Source of the DNA: Bacteroidota bacterium
GTDB taxonomy: Bacteria > Bacteroidota > Bacteroidia > UBA4408
Reading direction: 5' to 3'
DNA length: 64,000 bases
Assembly (NCBI GenBank): GCA_963169745.1
Contig: CAUJCU010000015.1
Coordinates: 146,005 to 210,004 of the forward strand
Of this stretch, positions 50,046 through 59,698 are shown in pieces. Within the stretch, counting starts at the first letter, position 1. Each line of letters starts with the position of its first letter. The notes under the pieces are model-generated. The model was not told where the DNA came from. It worked only from the letters and a program-made list of their open reading frames with translations, and did not search any database. Position numbers and translations under genes: made by a program.

Positions 50046-51734
50046 ATGTACACCGAAAACGAACTTAGTGATAAGCTTGTAGGAGAGCTTAAAAGTATAG
50101 CTGCTTCTTTGAATATCGAAAAAGCTGAATCCCTAACAAAAAAAGATCTTGTTGCTGCAATAATGTCTAAAAATGAGATGCGTATCCCAAACAATGAAGA
50201 TACCCCCAGAAAAAGAACCAGAAAACCTAAAATTGCTGCAAGAGAATCAGTTGACCCTATTTTGGACATTACCGAGAATACAGCCTTTGAACAGGCCCGA
50301 GAAAGAGAAATTATTCTTGAAACAGAACCACAAACTCCTTTAATTCAGGATGAAGCAACACAAATACTTGAAAGTAGTATTGAACCAGCTAATACTGAAC
50401 CTGCTGCTGTATTGGAACTTACTCCAGTAAATTCAAGTGAAACAGGAACTAATGAGTCGCTTACTTTTGAGCCACCCTCAGACGAAATGCGGCAAACACA
50501 ACAAGGACATACGCGCGACCCATTAAAAAATCAGGAGTATCGACAAAAAGGGAATGAGCAAAACTTTCATAGAAAGTATCCACAACAAGAACGTAAACCT
50601 GAAAATAATTTTAATTTTGATGGCATCGTTCTAAGCGAGGGTGTACTTGAGATTATGCCTGATGGGTATGGCTTTTTACGCTCCTCTGACTATAATTACT
50701 TAAACTCCCCTGATGACATTTATGTGTCGCAATCACAAATTAAATTATTTGGGTTAAAAACAGGAGATACTGTAAAAGGCGCTATACGACCGCCACGTGA
50801 AGGCGAAAAATATTTTCCATTAATTAAAGTTGACAATATTAACGGGCGCGAACCTTCTTATATTAGAGACCGGGTGCCTTTTGATTTTTTAACCCCCTTG
50901 TTTCCATACGAAAAATTTAAACTTACCGGTCATGCTCAAAATAATATGAGCACCCGTATTTTTGATTTGGTTACACCAATTGGAAAGGGGCAACGTGCTT
51001 TAATAGTTGCACAACCTAAAACGGGTAAAACAGTATTGCTGAAAGATATTGCTAATGCTATTGCTGCAAATCACCCGGAGGTATATTTAATTATTTTATT
51101 GATAGATGAACGACCGGAAGAGGTTACAGATATGGCTCGGAGTGTTAAAGCCGAAGTTATTGCCTCAACCTTTGATGAACCGGCCGACAGACATGTAAAA
51201 ATTGCCAATATTGTACTCGAGAAAGCTAAAAGAATGGTTGAATGTGGCCATGATGTAGTTATCTTGTTAGATAGTATAACTCGCTTAGCACGTGCCTACA
51301 ATACAGTACAGCCTGCATCAGGTAAGGTTTTAAGCGGTGGTGTAGATGCCAATGCTTTACACAAACCGAAACGATTTTTTGGCTCAGCTCGAAAAATTGA
51401 AAACGGTGGCTCTTTAACCATCATTGCAACAGCGTTAACCGAAACAGGCTCTAAAATGGATGAAGTTATTTTTGAAGAATTTAAAGGTACAGGCAATAGT
51501 GAATTACAACTTGAAAGAAAAATTGCCAACAAACGTGTGTTCCCTTCAATTGATATTGTGGCTTCAAGTACCCGAAGAGACGACTTATTGTTAGATAAAG
51601 AAACCTTGCAGCGCTTGTGGGTATTACGAAAGTATTTGGCTGATATGACACCTTTAGAAGCTATGGAGTTTTTACAAGAACGTTTGCGTAATACGCAAAG
51701 TAATGATGAATTTTTGCTGGCTATGAACAGTTAG
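50046..51734 (+). CDS. rho: transcription termination factor Rho with extended low-complexity N-terminal insertion
   Basis: Rho N-terminal helix-bundle start ([18 protein letters not shown]). ~150-aa polar insertion. RNA-binding OB ([14 protein letters not shown]). RecA-type ATPase with Walker A ([17 protein letters not shown]). Confidence 0.9.
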   Translation: MYTENELSDKLVGELKSIAASLNIEKAESLTKKDLVAAIMSKNEMRIPNNEDTPRKRTRKPKIAARESVDPILDITENTAFEQAREREIILETEPQTPLIQDEATQILESSIEPANTEPAAVLELTPVNSSETGTNESLTFEPPSDEMRQTQQGHTRDPLKNQEYRQKGNEQNFHRKYPQQERKPENNFNFDGIVLSEGVLEIMPDGYGFLRSSDYNYLNSPDDIYVSQSQIKLFGLKTGDTVKGAIRPPREGEKYFPLIKVDNINGREPSYIRDRVPFDFLTPLFPYEKFKLTGHAQNNMSTRIFDLVTPIGKGQRALIVAQPKTGKTVLLKDIANAIAANHPEVYLIILLIDERPEEVTDMARSVKAEVIASTFDEPADRHVKIANIVLEKAKRMVECGHDVVILLDSITRLARAYNTVQPASGKVLSGGVDANALHKPKRFFGSARKIENGGSLTIIATALTETGSKMDEVIFEEFKGTGNSELQLERKIANKRVFPSIDIVASSTRRDDLLLDKETLQRLWVLRKYLADMTPLEAMEFLQERLRNTQSNDEFLLAMNS

Positions 51735-51751
51735 TCAAAACACCCCACACT

Positions 51752-52411
51752 GTGAACACTGAAGCATACTGGAACATAAAGAAAACCATTCCGGAATTAG
51801 TTACTCTTGTGGCTGTTTCTAAAACAAAATCAATTGATGATATTTTGAGTGTTTACAACTGCGGTCAAAGGGTTTTTGGCGAAAATAAAGTTCAGGAGCT
51901 GTGCCAAAAACAGGAACAATTGCCTAAAGATATTCACTGGCACATGGTTGGTCATTTACAAACCAACAAGGTAAAATATATAGCTCCATTTGTAACACTA
52001 ATCCATGGAGTTGACAGCTTAAAACTACTAAAAGAAATAAACAAACAAGCTTTGCAAAACAAAAGAACTATTAACTACTTGTTACAAATTGATATAGCTC
52101 GTGAAGAAACAAAGTTTGGCTTAAGTTATACAGCTGCAAAACAGCTTTTATTAAGTCAGGAATTAAAAGTCTTGAATAATATAAATCTTATGGGATTAAT
52201 GGGTATGGCAACCAACACTGATGATCAAAATATTGTATCAGGTGAATTTACCCGACTTCATAATTTTTTTGATGAAATGAAAAAGATCGTTATCGAAAAT
52301 TACCCAAATTTTTCGGTTTTAAGTATGGGGATGAGCAATGATTATCAATTGGCCATAACATGCGGAAGTACTATGGTACGTGTAGGCAGTTCTATTTTTG
52401 GAAGTAGGTAA
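51752..52411 (+). CDS. yggS: YggS-family pyridoxal-phosphate homeostasis protein
   Basis: LVAVSKTKS (PLP Lys), HMVGHLQTNK, MGMSNDY motifs; 219 aa. Confidence 0.85.
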   Translation: MNTEAYWNIKKTIPELVTLVAVSKTKSIDDILSVYNCGQRVFGENKVQELCQKQEQLPKDIHWHMVGHLQTNKVKYIAPFVTLIHGVDSLKLLKEINKQALQNKRTINYLLQIDIAREETKFGLSYTAAKQLLLSQELKVLNNINLMGLMGMATNTDDQNIVSGEFTRLHNFFDEMKKIVIENYPNFSVLSMGMSNDYQLAITCGSTMVRVGSSIFGSR

Positions 52412-52416
52412 GTTAT

Positions 52417-53370
52417 ATGAGCGGTGAGTTTTATGGACTTTTAACCGCCTTATTGTGGGCAGTAGGAATATTCCCTTTTGCACACAGCACTAAATATTTC
52501 AGTGCAAACGATATCAATGTTCTAAGATTGTTCATAGCAGTTTTGATGTTGAGCCCATTTATTCCGTTACATGAAGGCTTATCATTAACGGATTTATTTA
52601 CTACTGTTCATCTTAACCAGTGGCTTTGGTTAGGTCTTTCGGGTTTGGTTGGTTTGGCTCTGGGTGATTATTTTTCTTTTTCGGCATTCAAACACATTGG
52701 TGCCCGTAATTCCAGTATATTTTCTACTTTAGCCCCTGGAGCAGCCTTGTTTTTCGGATTTTTTGTAACAAACGAATCACTAAACTTTATCGGTATTTTT
52801 GGAATATTGGTAACACTTTTGGGACTAATCTTTATGAGTTTGCAAAAAAAAGACCACCAAGAACCTATTAATTTCATTGGTATTACTCATGCTGTGGGGG
52901 CAGCCGTATGTCAAGGAATAGGTATTGTATTGGCAAAAAAGGCATATATAAATGAAGCCATCAGTATTTCACCATTTCATGCAGCATGGATAAGAATTAC
53001 AGTGGCACTTTGTGCTTTATTATTTTATTATGTATTAAGTATGCAAATTAGACCCCTGCTACGCAATACATTCAAAAGACAACAAACAAAGGGTTGGATG
53101 TTTCTTTTAACAGGGACGCTGATTGGGACTGTTTTAGGCTTGGCTTTTGCAATGCAATCAGTGTCAAAAATTAATTCGGCACTAGCTCAAACTATTTTCT
53201 CATTAGTGCCTGTACTTGCCATCCCATTAGCTTATTTATTTCACCGAGAGCGCATAACACGTAACGTGCTTTCAAGTGCCTTGGTAGCTGTTGCAGGCGT
53301 TATTATCCTAATTTGGCGCGAGGCTGTTGAACAGTTTATGAGGAGTACTGCTTCATTTCTACCATACTAA
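52417..53370 (+). CDS. DMT superfamily (EamA-type) transporter
   Basis: 317 aa, 10 TM helices in two homologous halves. Confidence 0.65.
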   Translation: MSGEFYGLLTALLWAVGIFPFAHSTKYFSANDINVLRLFIAVLMLSPFIPLHEGLSLTDLFTTVHLNQWLWLGLSGLVGLALGDYFSFSAFKHIGARNSSIFSTLAPGAALFFGFFVTNESLNFIGIFGILVTLLGLIFMSLQKKDHQEPINFIGITHAVGAAVCQGIGIVLAKKAYINEAISISPFHAAWIRITVALCALLFYYVLSMQIRPLLRNTFKRQQTKGWMFLLTGTLIGTVLGLAFAMQSVSKINSALAQTIFSLVPVLAIPLAYLFHRERITRNVLSSALVAVAGVIILIWREAVEQFMRSTASFLPY

Positions 53371-53426
53371 ATTAAATTATTTTTGTAACTTTGTGCCATT
53401 CAAATAATTTCATATTTTTAAAACCT

Positions 53427-53861
53427 ATGGCCATGTTTAATAAAAACAACTCCAACTTTATGACCAAAAACCAGGATATTGATACTGGAAGTATTAATCT
53501 TATAGGTGTTGGTACAAGTATTAACGGAGATATTAAATCTAACGGAGATGTTCGAATTGATGGTACCTTAGTAGGATCTGTAAATACAAAAGGTAAAGTG
53601 GTAATTGGCGGTACTGGTAACGTTGAAGGAGAAATATTTTGTCAAAATGCCGATATTTCGGGAGCTATACAAGGAAATATTACCGTTGCTGAACTGCTCT
53701 CTTTGAAATCAACTGCCAATTTAAAAGGTGAAATAATAACGAACAAACTTTCTATTGAACCGGGAGCAAATTTTAGTGGTTCATGTAGTATGGGCGGTGT
53801 TGTAAAAGACCTGAAACATGCCGAGCAAGGAAGAGATAAAAAAATCGAAAAAACAGCCTGA
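53427..53861 (+). CDS. bactofilin (polymer-forming cytoskeletal protein)
   Basis: Repetitive beta-helix pattern …IGVGTSINGDIKSNGDVRIDGTLVGSVNTKGKVVIGGTGNVEGEIFCQNADISGAIQGNITV… typical of the bactofilin DUF583 domain. Start taken at the internal MAMFNKNN rather than the upstream MCHS. Confidence 0.8.
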   Translation: MAMFNKNNSNFMTKNQDIDTGSINLIGVGTSINGDIKSNGDVRIDGTLVGSVNTKGKVVIGGTGNVEGEIFCQNADISGAIQGNITVAELLSLKSTANLKGEIITNKLSIEPGANFSGSCSMGGVVKDLKHAEQGRDKKIEKTA

Positions 53862-54060
53862 CTTTAAATCGGGAAACAACCTATTACGCTATAGTGGTAT
53901 GGGCTTTCAAATGGGAGCCATTATTTTTTTAGGAGCATGGGTAGGTTTAAAACTTGATGCCTGGCTTCACATCACAAACAAATTATTTACCGCTGTACTA
54001 ACCATATTGGCTGTGTTTGTTGCACTTTACTTTTCCATTAAAGATTTCATAAAAAAGTAG
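53818..54060 (+). CDS. AtpZ/AtpI-family small membrane protein (putative)
   Basis: …LRYSGMGFQMGAIIFLGAWVGLKLDAWL… resembles the AtpZ two-TM signature. The annotated start overlaps the bactofilin end by 44 nt. The true start may be the internal Met at ~53899. Confidence 0.45.
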   Translation: MPSKEEIKKSKKQPDFKSGNNLLRYSGMGFQMGAIIFLGAWVGLKLDAWLHITNKLFTAVLTILAVFVALYFSIKDFIKK

Positions 54061-54068
54061 CCTCTCTT

Positions 54069-54446
54069 ATGCTTAAACGATACCTCTTGTGGTTTGTGCT
54101 ATTTAATCTTTTTTTTGTAGCAATACTATACCTAACCGGAACATATATTGCTGCTTTACCTTTATCAAAAATAACTTGGTTTATTTATGTTGTTTTTGTG
54201 TTCTCAACCTTGCTCATGCATTTATTTCTGACTTCAGACAAAGAGGAATATTCACAGGCTTTTATTCGAAAATTTATGCTGGCCACAAGCCTTAAGCTAT
54301 TTTTGTATTTAGGCATAATAGTGCTTTTCTTTTTGCTGTATAAGTCAAAAGCTAAAGAATTTATTCTTTGGTTTTTGATGCACTATGTTTGTTTTACAGC
54401 ATTTGAAACTTTAATGCTGTATTCAAGAAATAGAAAACAACCTTAG
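54069..54446 (+). CDS. hypothetical 4-TM membrane protein (125 aa)
   Basis: Four hydrophobic segments. Followed by a strong intrinsic terminator. Confidence 0.5.
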   Translation: MLKRYLLWFVLFNLFFVAILYLTGTYIAALPLSKITWFIYVVFVFSTLLMHLFLTSDKEEYSQAFIRKFMLATSLKLFLYLGIIVLFFLLYKSKAKEFILWFLMHYVCFTAFETLMLYSRNRKQP

Positions 54447-54456
54447 GTTGTTTTTT
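54434..54456 (+). terminator. rho-independent terminator overlapping the stop codon of 54069..54446
   Basis: AAAACAACC-tta-GGTTGTTTT perfect 9-bp stem with 3-nt loop followed by TTTTAATT. Confidence 0.6.
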
Positions 54457-54667
54457 AATTCAAATTCAAAAGAATCGTTTTTCCGTCCTGAAATTTGGTA
54501 ACTTCCAATGATTTGGAATAATTGAGCAATAATTCTACAATGTGTTTTCGGGGCTTGATACCCTGTATTTGGGACTTACTTGTAGGAACTAATTTTTCAT
54601 TTTTAGAGTAAATTTTTTGCATTCAAATAAATTAAGGGTTCACCATATCAACGAACCTATTTTCAAT

Positions 54668-55270
54668 TTATTGTGCAGTAAGCTCAAAATATTTTTTTAA
54701 ATCGTCAGAATCATGGTAGTGTTTCCGTAAATGCTTTAAAGCATTGTGCATTCTTCCTAGTGCCGTATTAATTCCTACCGATTGAACTTGTGCTATTTCA
54801 TTAAAACTCATATCAAAGTAGGTGCGCAAAATAACTACTTCACGCATTTCTTTTGGAAGTTTCATAATAACATTACGAAGCTTTTTTCTTTCCTTTCTTC
54901 TGTCAAATTCCTCTTCACGATCATTCTCAACAGCAATTACCACATCAAACACATCAAAATCTTCTGTTCCGCTGTACGTATGTATTTTTCCGTGATCTCT
55001 AAAATAGTCCATTAAATGATTTCGGGCTACTCTAATTATCCAACTGCTAAACTTTCCCTCTTCCTGGTACTTTTTAAGTTTTAAAGAGTTTATAACTTTA
55101 ATAAATATATCCTGAAATAAATCTTCAGCTAATTCCTGATTCTTTACTTTTTTAAAGATAAAAGAAAATAATTTTTGCTGATGTCGGTTAATAAGCTCGG
55201 TTAAACAAGCTTCATTTCCGTTAATGTATAATCTTACTAATTCAGCATCTTCGATTAAAGCGAACAACAT
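54668..55270 (-). CDS. RNA polymerase ECF-type sigma-70 factor
   Basis: Region 2 (…LAEDLFQDIFIKVINSL…SWIIRVARNHLMDYFR) and region 4 (…REVVILRTYFDMSFNEIAQVQSVGINTALGRMHNALKHLR). 200 aa with an acidic/basic insert between them. Confidence 0.8.
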   Translation of the reverse strand: MLFALIEDAELVRLYINGNEACLTELINRHQQKLFSFIFKKVKNQELAEDLFQDIFIKVINSLKLKKYQEEGKFSSWIIRVARNHLMDYFRDHGKIHTYSGTEDFDVFDVVIAVENDREEEFDRRKERKKLRNVIMKLPKEMREVVILRTYFDMSFNEIAQVQSVGINTALGRMHNALKHLRKHYHDSDDLKKYFELTAQ

Positions 55271-55663
55271 TGTTTACAATTTATAATTTAACAAAAAATT
55301 AATTAAAAGTAAATATGTTTTATAGGCTTAATCGATTTAAAAAGTGTGAAAATAATTAAAAATTTATGTCAAAATTTTCCCCAAAGATATATTTTGAAAT
55401 TAATAATCAAAAAAAATATTTTCTTTATTTCCCAAATGTTAAAATTATAGGCACTTAAAATTTCCTACGTTAAGTTTTTAAGAAAAAACGCATTCAATTT
55501 CACTATTCAATCCAATCTCTTTATAAAACAACACTTTAAAACACATAAATCCTGTTTTACTAGGTGCCATTTTTAGAATAATCAATCAATAAATATATAT
55601 AATGTTACTGATAAACAATATATTAGAATGAAAAAAACTTTTTTTTATCAGTTCATATTTCTA

Positions 55664-55695
55664 TTTGGTAAAATTTAATTGTTATTCTATATTTG
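55664..55695 (+). promoter_or_regulatory. candidate Bacteroidota sigma-A-type promoter for secDF (-33 TTTG … 20 bp … -7 TATATTTG)
   Basis: TTTG at 55664..55667 and TAtaTTTG at 55688..55695 match the TTTG/TAnnTTTG consensus with 20-bp spacing, ~85 bp upstream of the secDF ATG. Confidence 0.3.
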
Positions 55696-55778
55696 CGGGC
55701 TTTAAAAAAGAATAAAATTTTGATAAAAGCCTCTCAACAAATTACGAGGCCATTTGTGAAAGAATAACAATTTAAATT

Positions 55779-58700
55779 ATGCAAAATAAAGGAGCCATTA
55801 AATTTTTTGCAATTGCGTTAGCGGTTGTATGTATTTTTCAGTTGTCATTTACATTGATTACATATCGTGTAGAAAGCAAAGCAAATGACTATGCAGCCGA
55901 AAAATTAGCTAAAAGCAAATCAGCATCAACCAACAAAGATTCTCTTCTTGCAGTTTACAACAAACATTTTTTAGACTCTGTAGCAACTGTTCCGGTTTAT
56001 AACATATTGCTGAAAAATTATACCTACAAGGAGTGCAAGGAAAAAGAAATTAACTTGGGCTTAGACTTACGTGGTGGTATGAACGTAATTTTAGAGGTGT
56101 CTATTGCAGACATAGTGCGCTCCATGAGCAATTACAGTACAGATAGCACTTTTAACAAAGCATTAAATAGAGCATTAAAAGATCAAACAAACAGTCAAAA
56201 AGATTTTGTGAGCTTGTTTTATGAAGAATTTCAGAAAATAGACCCCAATGCAAAATTAGCACCTATTTTCAGCACACTTGATTTAAAAGACAAAATCAAA
56301 TTTGAAAGTACAAATGACCAGGTTATTTCAGTAATTAAAAAGGAGGCTTCTGATGCAGTTGATCGCTCTTTCAATATTTTAAGAACACGTATCGATAAAT
56401 TTGGTGTAACACAGCCCAATATTCAAAAATTAGGCATTTCAGGACGTATTTTAATTGAACTACCGGGTGTAAAAGATAAAGAACGTGTTAGAAAATTATT
56501 ACAGGGTACGGCAAATCTTGAATTTTGGGAAACATACGATAATAAGGACATTGCTGGAAAACTAATTGAAGCTGATAAAAAGCTGGCTATTTTAATAGGC
56601 GGGAAAGTAGATACTGCGAAAACAACTCTAACTGAAACCACGGATACTTCAAAAACTACCGTACTGGCACAGGCTGATACTACGCATCAAAACACCGAAG
56701 AGTCTTCTTTATTAGATGCTGCCAAAAAAGATAGTGCTTCAAATAAATTAGCTGCAAACGACTCATTAAACAAAAAAGAAGCAAGCCCTTTATTCGAAAT
56801 TCTTCAGCCTATGTTGAATAGAACTAAGGATGGTTATTTCCCTTCTGAAGGACCTGCAGTGGGAATTGCTGCTGTTAAAGATACTGCTAAAGTTATGGCT
56901 ATGTTAAGAATGCCACAGGTAAAATCCTTGTTCCCTCGCGATTTGCGTTTACTATGGACAGTAAAATCTTTTGATGGTGCCGGAAAATTTTTACAGTTGG
57001 TAGCTATTAAATCAAAAGGACGCGATGGTCGTGCACCATTAGGTGGCAATGTAATTACCGATGCCAGTGGAGATTTTGCTCAAAACAGCTCCAAAGCCGA
57101 AGTAAGCATGACCATGAACCCTGAAGGTGCCGAAACCTGGAGAAAACTAACCAAAGAGAATATTGGAAAAAGCATTGCTATTGTATTAGATGATTATGTA
57201 TATTCATTCCCAACAGTACAAGGTGAAATTGGAGGCGGACGCTCATCTATTACCGGAAACTTTGATATAACTGAGGCTAAAGACTTAGCCAACATATTAA
57301 AGGCCGGAAAAATGCCTGCAAGAGCTAAAATTGTTCAGGAAGATATCGTAGGTCCTTCTTTAGGACAAGAAGCTATCAATGCCGGTCTAATTTCTTTTGT
57401 GATTGCCTTAATTATGGTTCTTGGTTTTATGGCCTTTTACTATAGTAAAGCCGGACTTGTTGCCGATATTGCATTGTTTGCCAACGTATTTTTCTTAATG
57501 GGCATTTTATCCTCATTAGGTGCTGTGTTAACTCTACCGGGTATTGCAGGTATCGTTCTAACCATCGGTCTGTCAGTTGATGCCAATATCCTTATTTTTG
57601 AACGTGTACGCGAAGAAATTGACTTAGGTCATAATATGAAGTCGGCCGTTAGAGAAGGTTTTCATAATGCGATGTCATCTATTATAGATTCAAACATCTC
57701 AACTTTAATTTTGGGTATTATCCTTTATGTATTTGGAAATGGTCCTATACAAGGTTTTGCTACCACTTTAATTATAGGTATTTTAACCTCTCTTTTCTCA
57801 GCTATATTTATTTCTCGTTTAGTTTTTGAATATTTATTTGATAAAAACAAAAACGTAACTTTTAGCACTAAACTTACAGAGCACGCTTTCAAAAATATTA
57901 ATATCAACTTCGTAGGGAATCGTAGAAAGTTTTATGCTGTTTCAGCATCCATCATTTTACTGGGAGTTATTTTCTTTATAAAAGGAGGCCTAAACTTTGG
58001 GGTTGATTTTAAAGGAGGTAGAAGTTATATTGTTCGCTTTGACCGTGATATGACAACTACTGAAGTAAGAGATGCACTTACAGAAAGCTTTGGCTCGGCT
58101 CCCGAAGTGAAAACTTTTGGGAAAAGCAATCAGCTAAAAATAACAACCGCATATAATATTGAAAGTAATGCCGATGATGCCGATGAGAAAGTAGAACAAA
58201 AATTGGAGGAAGGCTTGAGTAAAATACCAAGTATCAAAGAGCATCAGATAATGAGTTCACAAAAAGTTGGTGAAAATATTTCTGATGACATTAAGCAATC
58301 TTCTGTTTGGGCTATTTTCTTCTCTTGTGTGCTAATTTTCTTGTATATTTTTATACGATTCAAAAAATGGCAATTTGGCTTAGGTGCAGTGGTAGCCTTG
58401 ATGCATGATGTTTTAGTATTATTATCTGTTTTCGCTATCTTTAATGGAGTATTACCTTTCTCTTTAGAAATAGATCAACATTTTATAGCTGCTGTTTTAA
58501 CAGTAATGGGCTACTCTATGACCGATACTGTTGTGGTATTTGACCGGATACGGGAATATTTGAATAAGAGTAAAAAGTCCGATTTGGTTGGATCGGAAAG
58601 AGTACATGTTATTAATACTGCTGTAAACGCAACATTAAGTCGTACTATTAATACTTCACTTACATTATTCTTTGTGTTGTTATCTATCTTTATTTTTGGT

Positions 58701-58838
58701 GGTGAAGTTATTAGAGGTTTCTCTTTTGCTTTATTATTAGGAGTAATTTTTGGAACTTATTCTTCAATTTGTATAGCTACTCCTATTGTGCTTGATTTCG
58801 ACAGAAAAAATAATGTTGACCAACACCATGCAAAATAG
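55779..58838 (+). CDS. secDF: protein translocase subunit SecDF (fused SecD-SecF)
   Basis: 1019 aa. N-terminal TM, large periplasmic domain, and two 6-TM bundles with the SecD/SecF conserved stretches (…LDLRGGMNVILEV…, …GLSVDANILIFERVREE…, …LTVMGYSMTDTVVVFDRIRE…). Confidence 0.9.
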   Translation: MQNKGAIKFFAIALAVVCIFQLSFTLITYRVESKANDYAAEKLAKSKSASTNKDSLLAVYNKHFLDSVATVPVYNILLKNYTYKECKEKEINLGLDLRGGMNVILEVSIADIVRSMSNYSTDSTFNKALNRALKDQTNSQKDFVSLFYEEFQKIDPNAKLAPIFSTLDLKDKIKFESTNDQVISVIKKEASDAVDRSFNILRTRIDKFGVTQPNIQKLGISGRILIELPGVKDKERVRKLLQGTANLEFWETYDNKDIAGKLIEADKKLAILIGGKVDTAKTTLTETTDTSKTTVLAQADTTHQNTEESSLLDAAKKDSASNKLAANDSLNKKEASPLFEILQPMLNRTKDGYFPSEGPAVGIAAVKDTAKVMAMLRMPQVKSLFPRDLRLLWTVKSFDGAGKFLQLVAIKSKGRDGRAPLGGNVITDASGDFAQNSSKAEVSMTMNPEGAETWRKLTKENIGKSIAIVLDDYVYSFPTVQGEIGGGRSSITGNFDITEAKDLANILKAGKMPARAKIVQEDIVGPSLGQEAINAGLISFVIALIMVLGFMAFYYSKAGLVADIALFANVFFLMGILSSLGAVLTLPGIAGIVLTIGLSVDANILIFERVREEIDLGHNMKSAVREGFHNAMSSIIDSNISTLILGIILYVFGNGPIQGFATTLIIGILTSLFSAIFISRLVFEYLFDKNKNVTFSTKLTEHAFKNININFVGNRRKFYAVSASIILLGVIFFIKGGLNFGVDFKGGRSYIVRFDRDMTTTEVRDALTESFGSAPEVKTFGKSNQLKITTAYNIESNADDADEKVEQKLEEGLSKIPSIKEHQIMSSQKVGENISDDIKQSSVWAIFFSCVLIFLYIFIRFKKWQFGLGAVVALMHDVLVLLSVFAIFNGVLPFSLEIDQHFIAAVLTVMGYSMTDTVVVFDRIREYLNKSKKSDLVGSERVHVINTAVNATLSRTINTSLTLFFVLLSIFIFGGEVIRGFSFALLLGVIFGTYSSICIATPIVLDFDRKNNVDQHHAK

Positions 58839-58863
58839 ATAGAATATAAACTTATATACAAAA

Positions 58864-58890
58864 GCGCTCTTCTTTGAAGGGCGTTTTTAT
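58864..58890 (+). terminator. rho-independent terminator after secDF
   Basis: GCGCTCTTC-ttt-GAAGGGCGT (one G·U wobble) followed by TTTTATTTTTG. Confidence 0.55.
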
Positions 58891-58953
58891 TTTTGTTTTA
58901 TTACTTTTATATAAAAACAAGGCATTATATTTGTTTCATTAATTAAACAAAAA

Positions 58954-59676
58954 ATGAAAAAACTAACACCACTATTACTTCTTTTTACCGTACTTATTTT
59001 TCTGCAAAGCTGTACTCCTGAGGAAACACCAACAAAACTTGCTATGCAAGGCAATTGGGAACTGGTTTCGGCAGTGGACGCATCAGGTAATGATATCACT
59101 TCACAAATTGCATTTCCTGTAACTGCCATTCAACTTACAGACGATAACGGCATGTTGGGAACTCAAGGGCCTATGTTTACACGAATTGTATATGGTGATA
59201 GCAAGTGGATAGAAGTATCAGGAAAAATTAAACAAGTTTTTGACTACGCAAATCTACGTTTAAATACCGGTGAGTTTTTTGTTGGAGAAAATGTACAGCC
59301 GATTTTTACAGTTGAAGCAAAGCTTCAGGCTACAGCAGCAGCAGGAGGGGTGCTTTCTGATATATTACAGTTAGTAGGAGTTAATTCCAGTTATTTCCAG
59401 CAAGTTATTTATCACAAGTTTACTAATGTAAAAGTTAGTTTTCCGAATAAAGCAAAAAATGAAAGCTTTCTTAACCCTGATAAAAATAAGAGTGACCGCT
59501 ATAATACGATGGTTTGGGAGTTCACAAATGAAACACAGGCATTTTATAATTATAAAGATGCCAATGGAAACAGTGTAGTATGGAACGGCTTTCCGGTTGC
59601 CGATTTTAAAAAAGGAACCTACACATTTAAGAAATTCACTACGGGGCTCAATGATTTTGTAAAATCGAAGCAATAA
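58954..59676 (+). CDS. hypothetical lipoprotein (240 aa)
   Basis: Signal peptide with lipobox-like LFLQSC. No recognised domain. Confidence 0.55.
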   Translation: MKKLTPLLLLFTVLIFLQSCTPEETPTKLAMQGNWELVSAVDASGNDITSQIAFPVTAIQLTDDNGMLGTQGPMFTRIVYGDSKWIEVSGKIKQVFDYANLRLNTGEFFVGENVQPIFTVEAKLQATAAAGGVLSDILQLVGVNSSYFQQVIYHKFTNVKVSFPNKAKNESFLNPDKNKSDRYNTMVWEFTNETQAFYNYKDANGNSVVWNGFPVADFKKGTYTFKKFTTGLNDFVKSKQ

Positions 59677-59698
59677 CCCTACTTAATACTAAGAAAAA

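Noticed and set aside
53391-53426. Upstream start MCHSNNFIFLKP for the bactofilin gene
   Set aside because: The bactofilin domain begins after MAMFNKNN, and the extra 12 residues are not part of the conserved fold. The internal Met gives a protein of typical bactofilin length. The upstream start remains possible but is less likely.
58887-59129. 80-aa minus-strand ORF overlapping the secDF terminator and the lipoprotein start
   Set aside because: It is antisense to the lipoprotein signal-peptide region and covers the terminator hairpin, with no coding signals.
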